A DNA stretch of 63,367 nucleotides, counting the filler, from Octopus bimaculoides (taxonomy: Eukaryota): the NCBI RefSeq assembly GCF_001194135.2. It is 5 parts of 5 records of this genome, joined end to end, with 100 filler letters (N's around TTAATTAATTAA, not from the genome) between each part and the next. Parts side by side here need not be neighbours in the genome. Positions count along the whole stretch, not along the records: positions 57,820 to 63,367 come from NC_068996.1; 4 more parts are not named here. One strand, given 5' to 3'. The position numbers and the translations under genes are program-made. Each line of letters opens with the position of its first letter. The first letter of the stretch is position 1. Below are positions 63,337 through 63,367 of the stretch, piece after piece. The notes under the pieces were generated by a model. The model was not told the DNA's origin. It did not search any database and saw only the letters and a list, made by a program, of their open reading frames with translations.

Positions 63337-63367
<31 letters not shown>

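Overview
AT-rich, microsatellite-dense, gapped animal genomic DNA. The SINE/LINE repertoire and repeat density suggest an octopus (coleoid cephalopod) draft assembly; this is inference, not a database match. One host gene is supported: a minus-strand, intron-containing gene for an HtrL/YibB-like (WlaTC-type, putative glycosyltransferase) protein. It has two well-defined coding exons (53778-53312 and 47353-46987, phase-matched GT-AG intron of about 6 kb); its 5' end is unresolved. The rest is mostly transposon debris: at least three tRNA-headed or RTE-tailed SINE families, RTE, CR1/L2-like and R4/Dong LINE fragments, a truncated Gypsy LTR element, Tc1/mariner remnants, hAT- and piggyBac-type MITEs, foldback elements and several Penelope-like elements (PLEs). 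Main second-look items: (i) minimal type I hammerhead ribozyme motifs with non-canonical cores in the PLE terminal repeats, one just upstream of the host gene; (ii) a sharp CpG-rich/CpG-poor mosaic that tracks the gene body and hints at another, unrecognised gene in the left part of the window; (iii) a near-perfect 550-bp inverted duplication with a template-switch-like junction; (iv) several long hairpin/foldback elements. Most long ORFs in the supplied track are artefacts of N gaps or microsatellites. Repeat boundaries are approximate unless TSDs or TIRs are cited.
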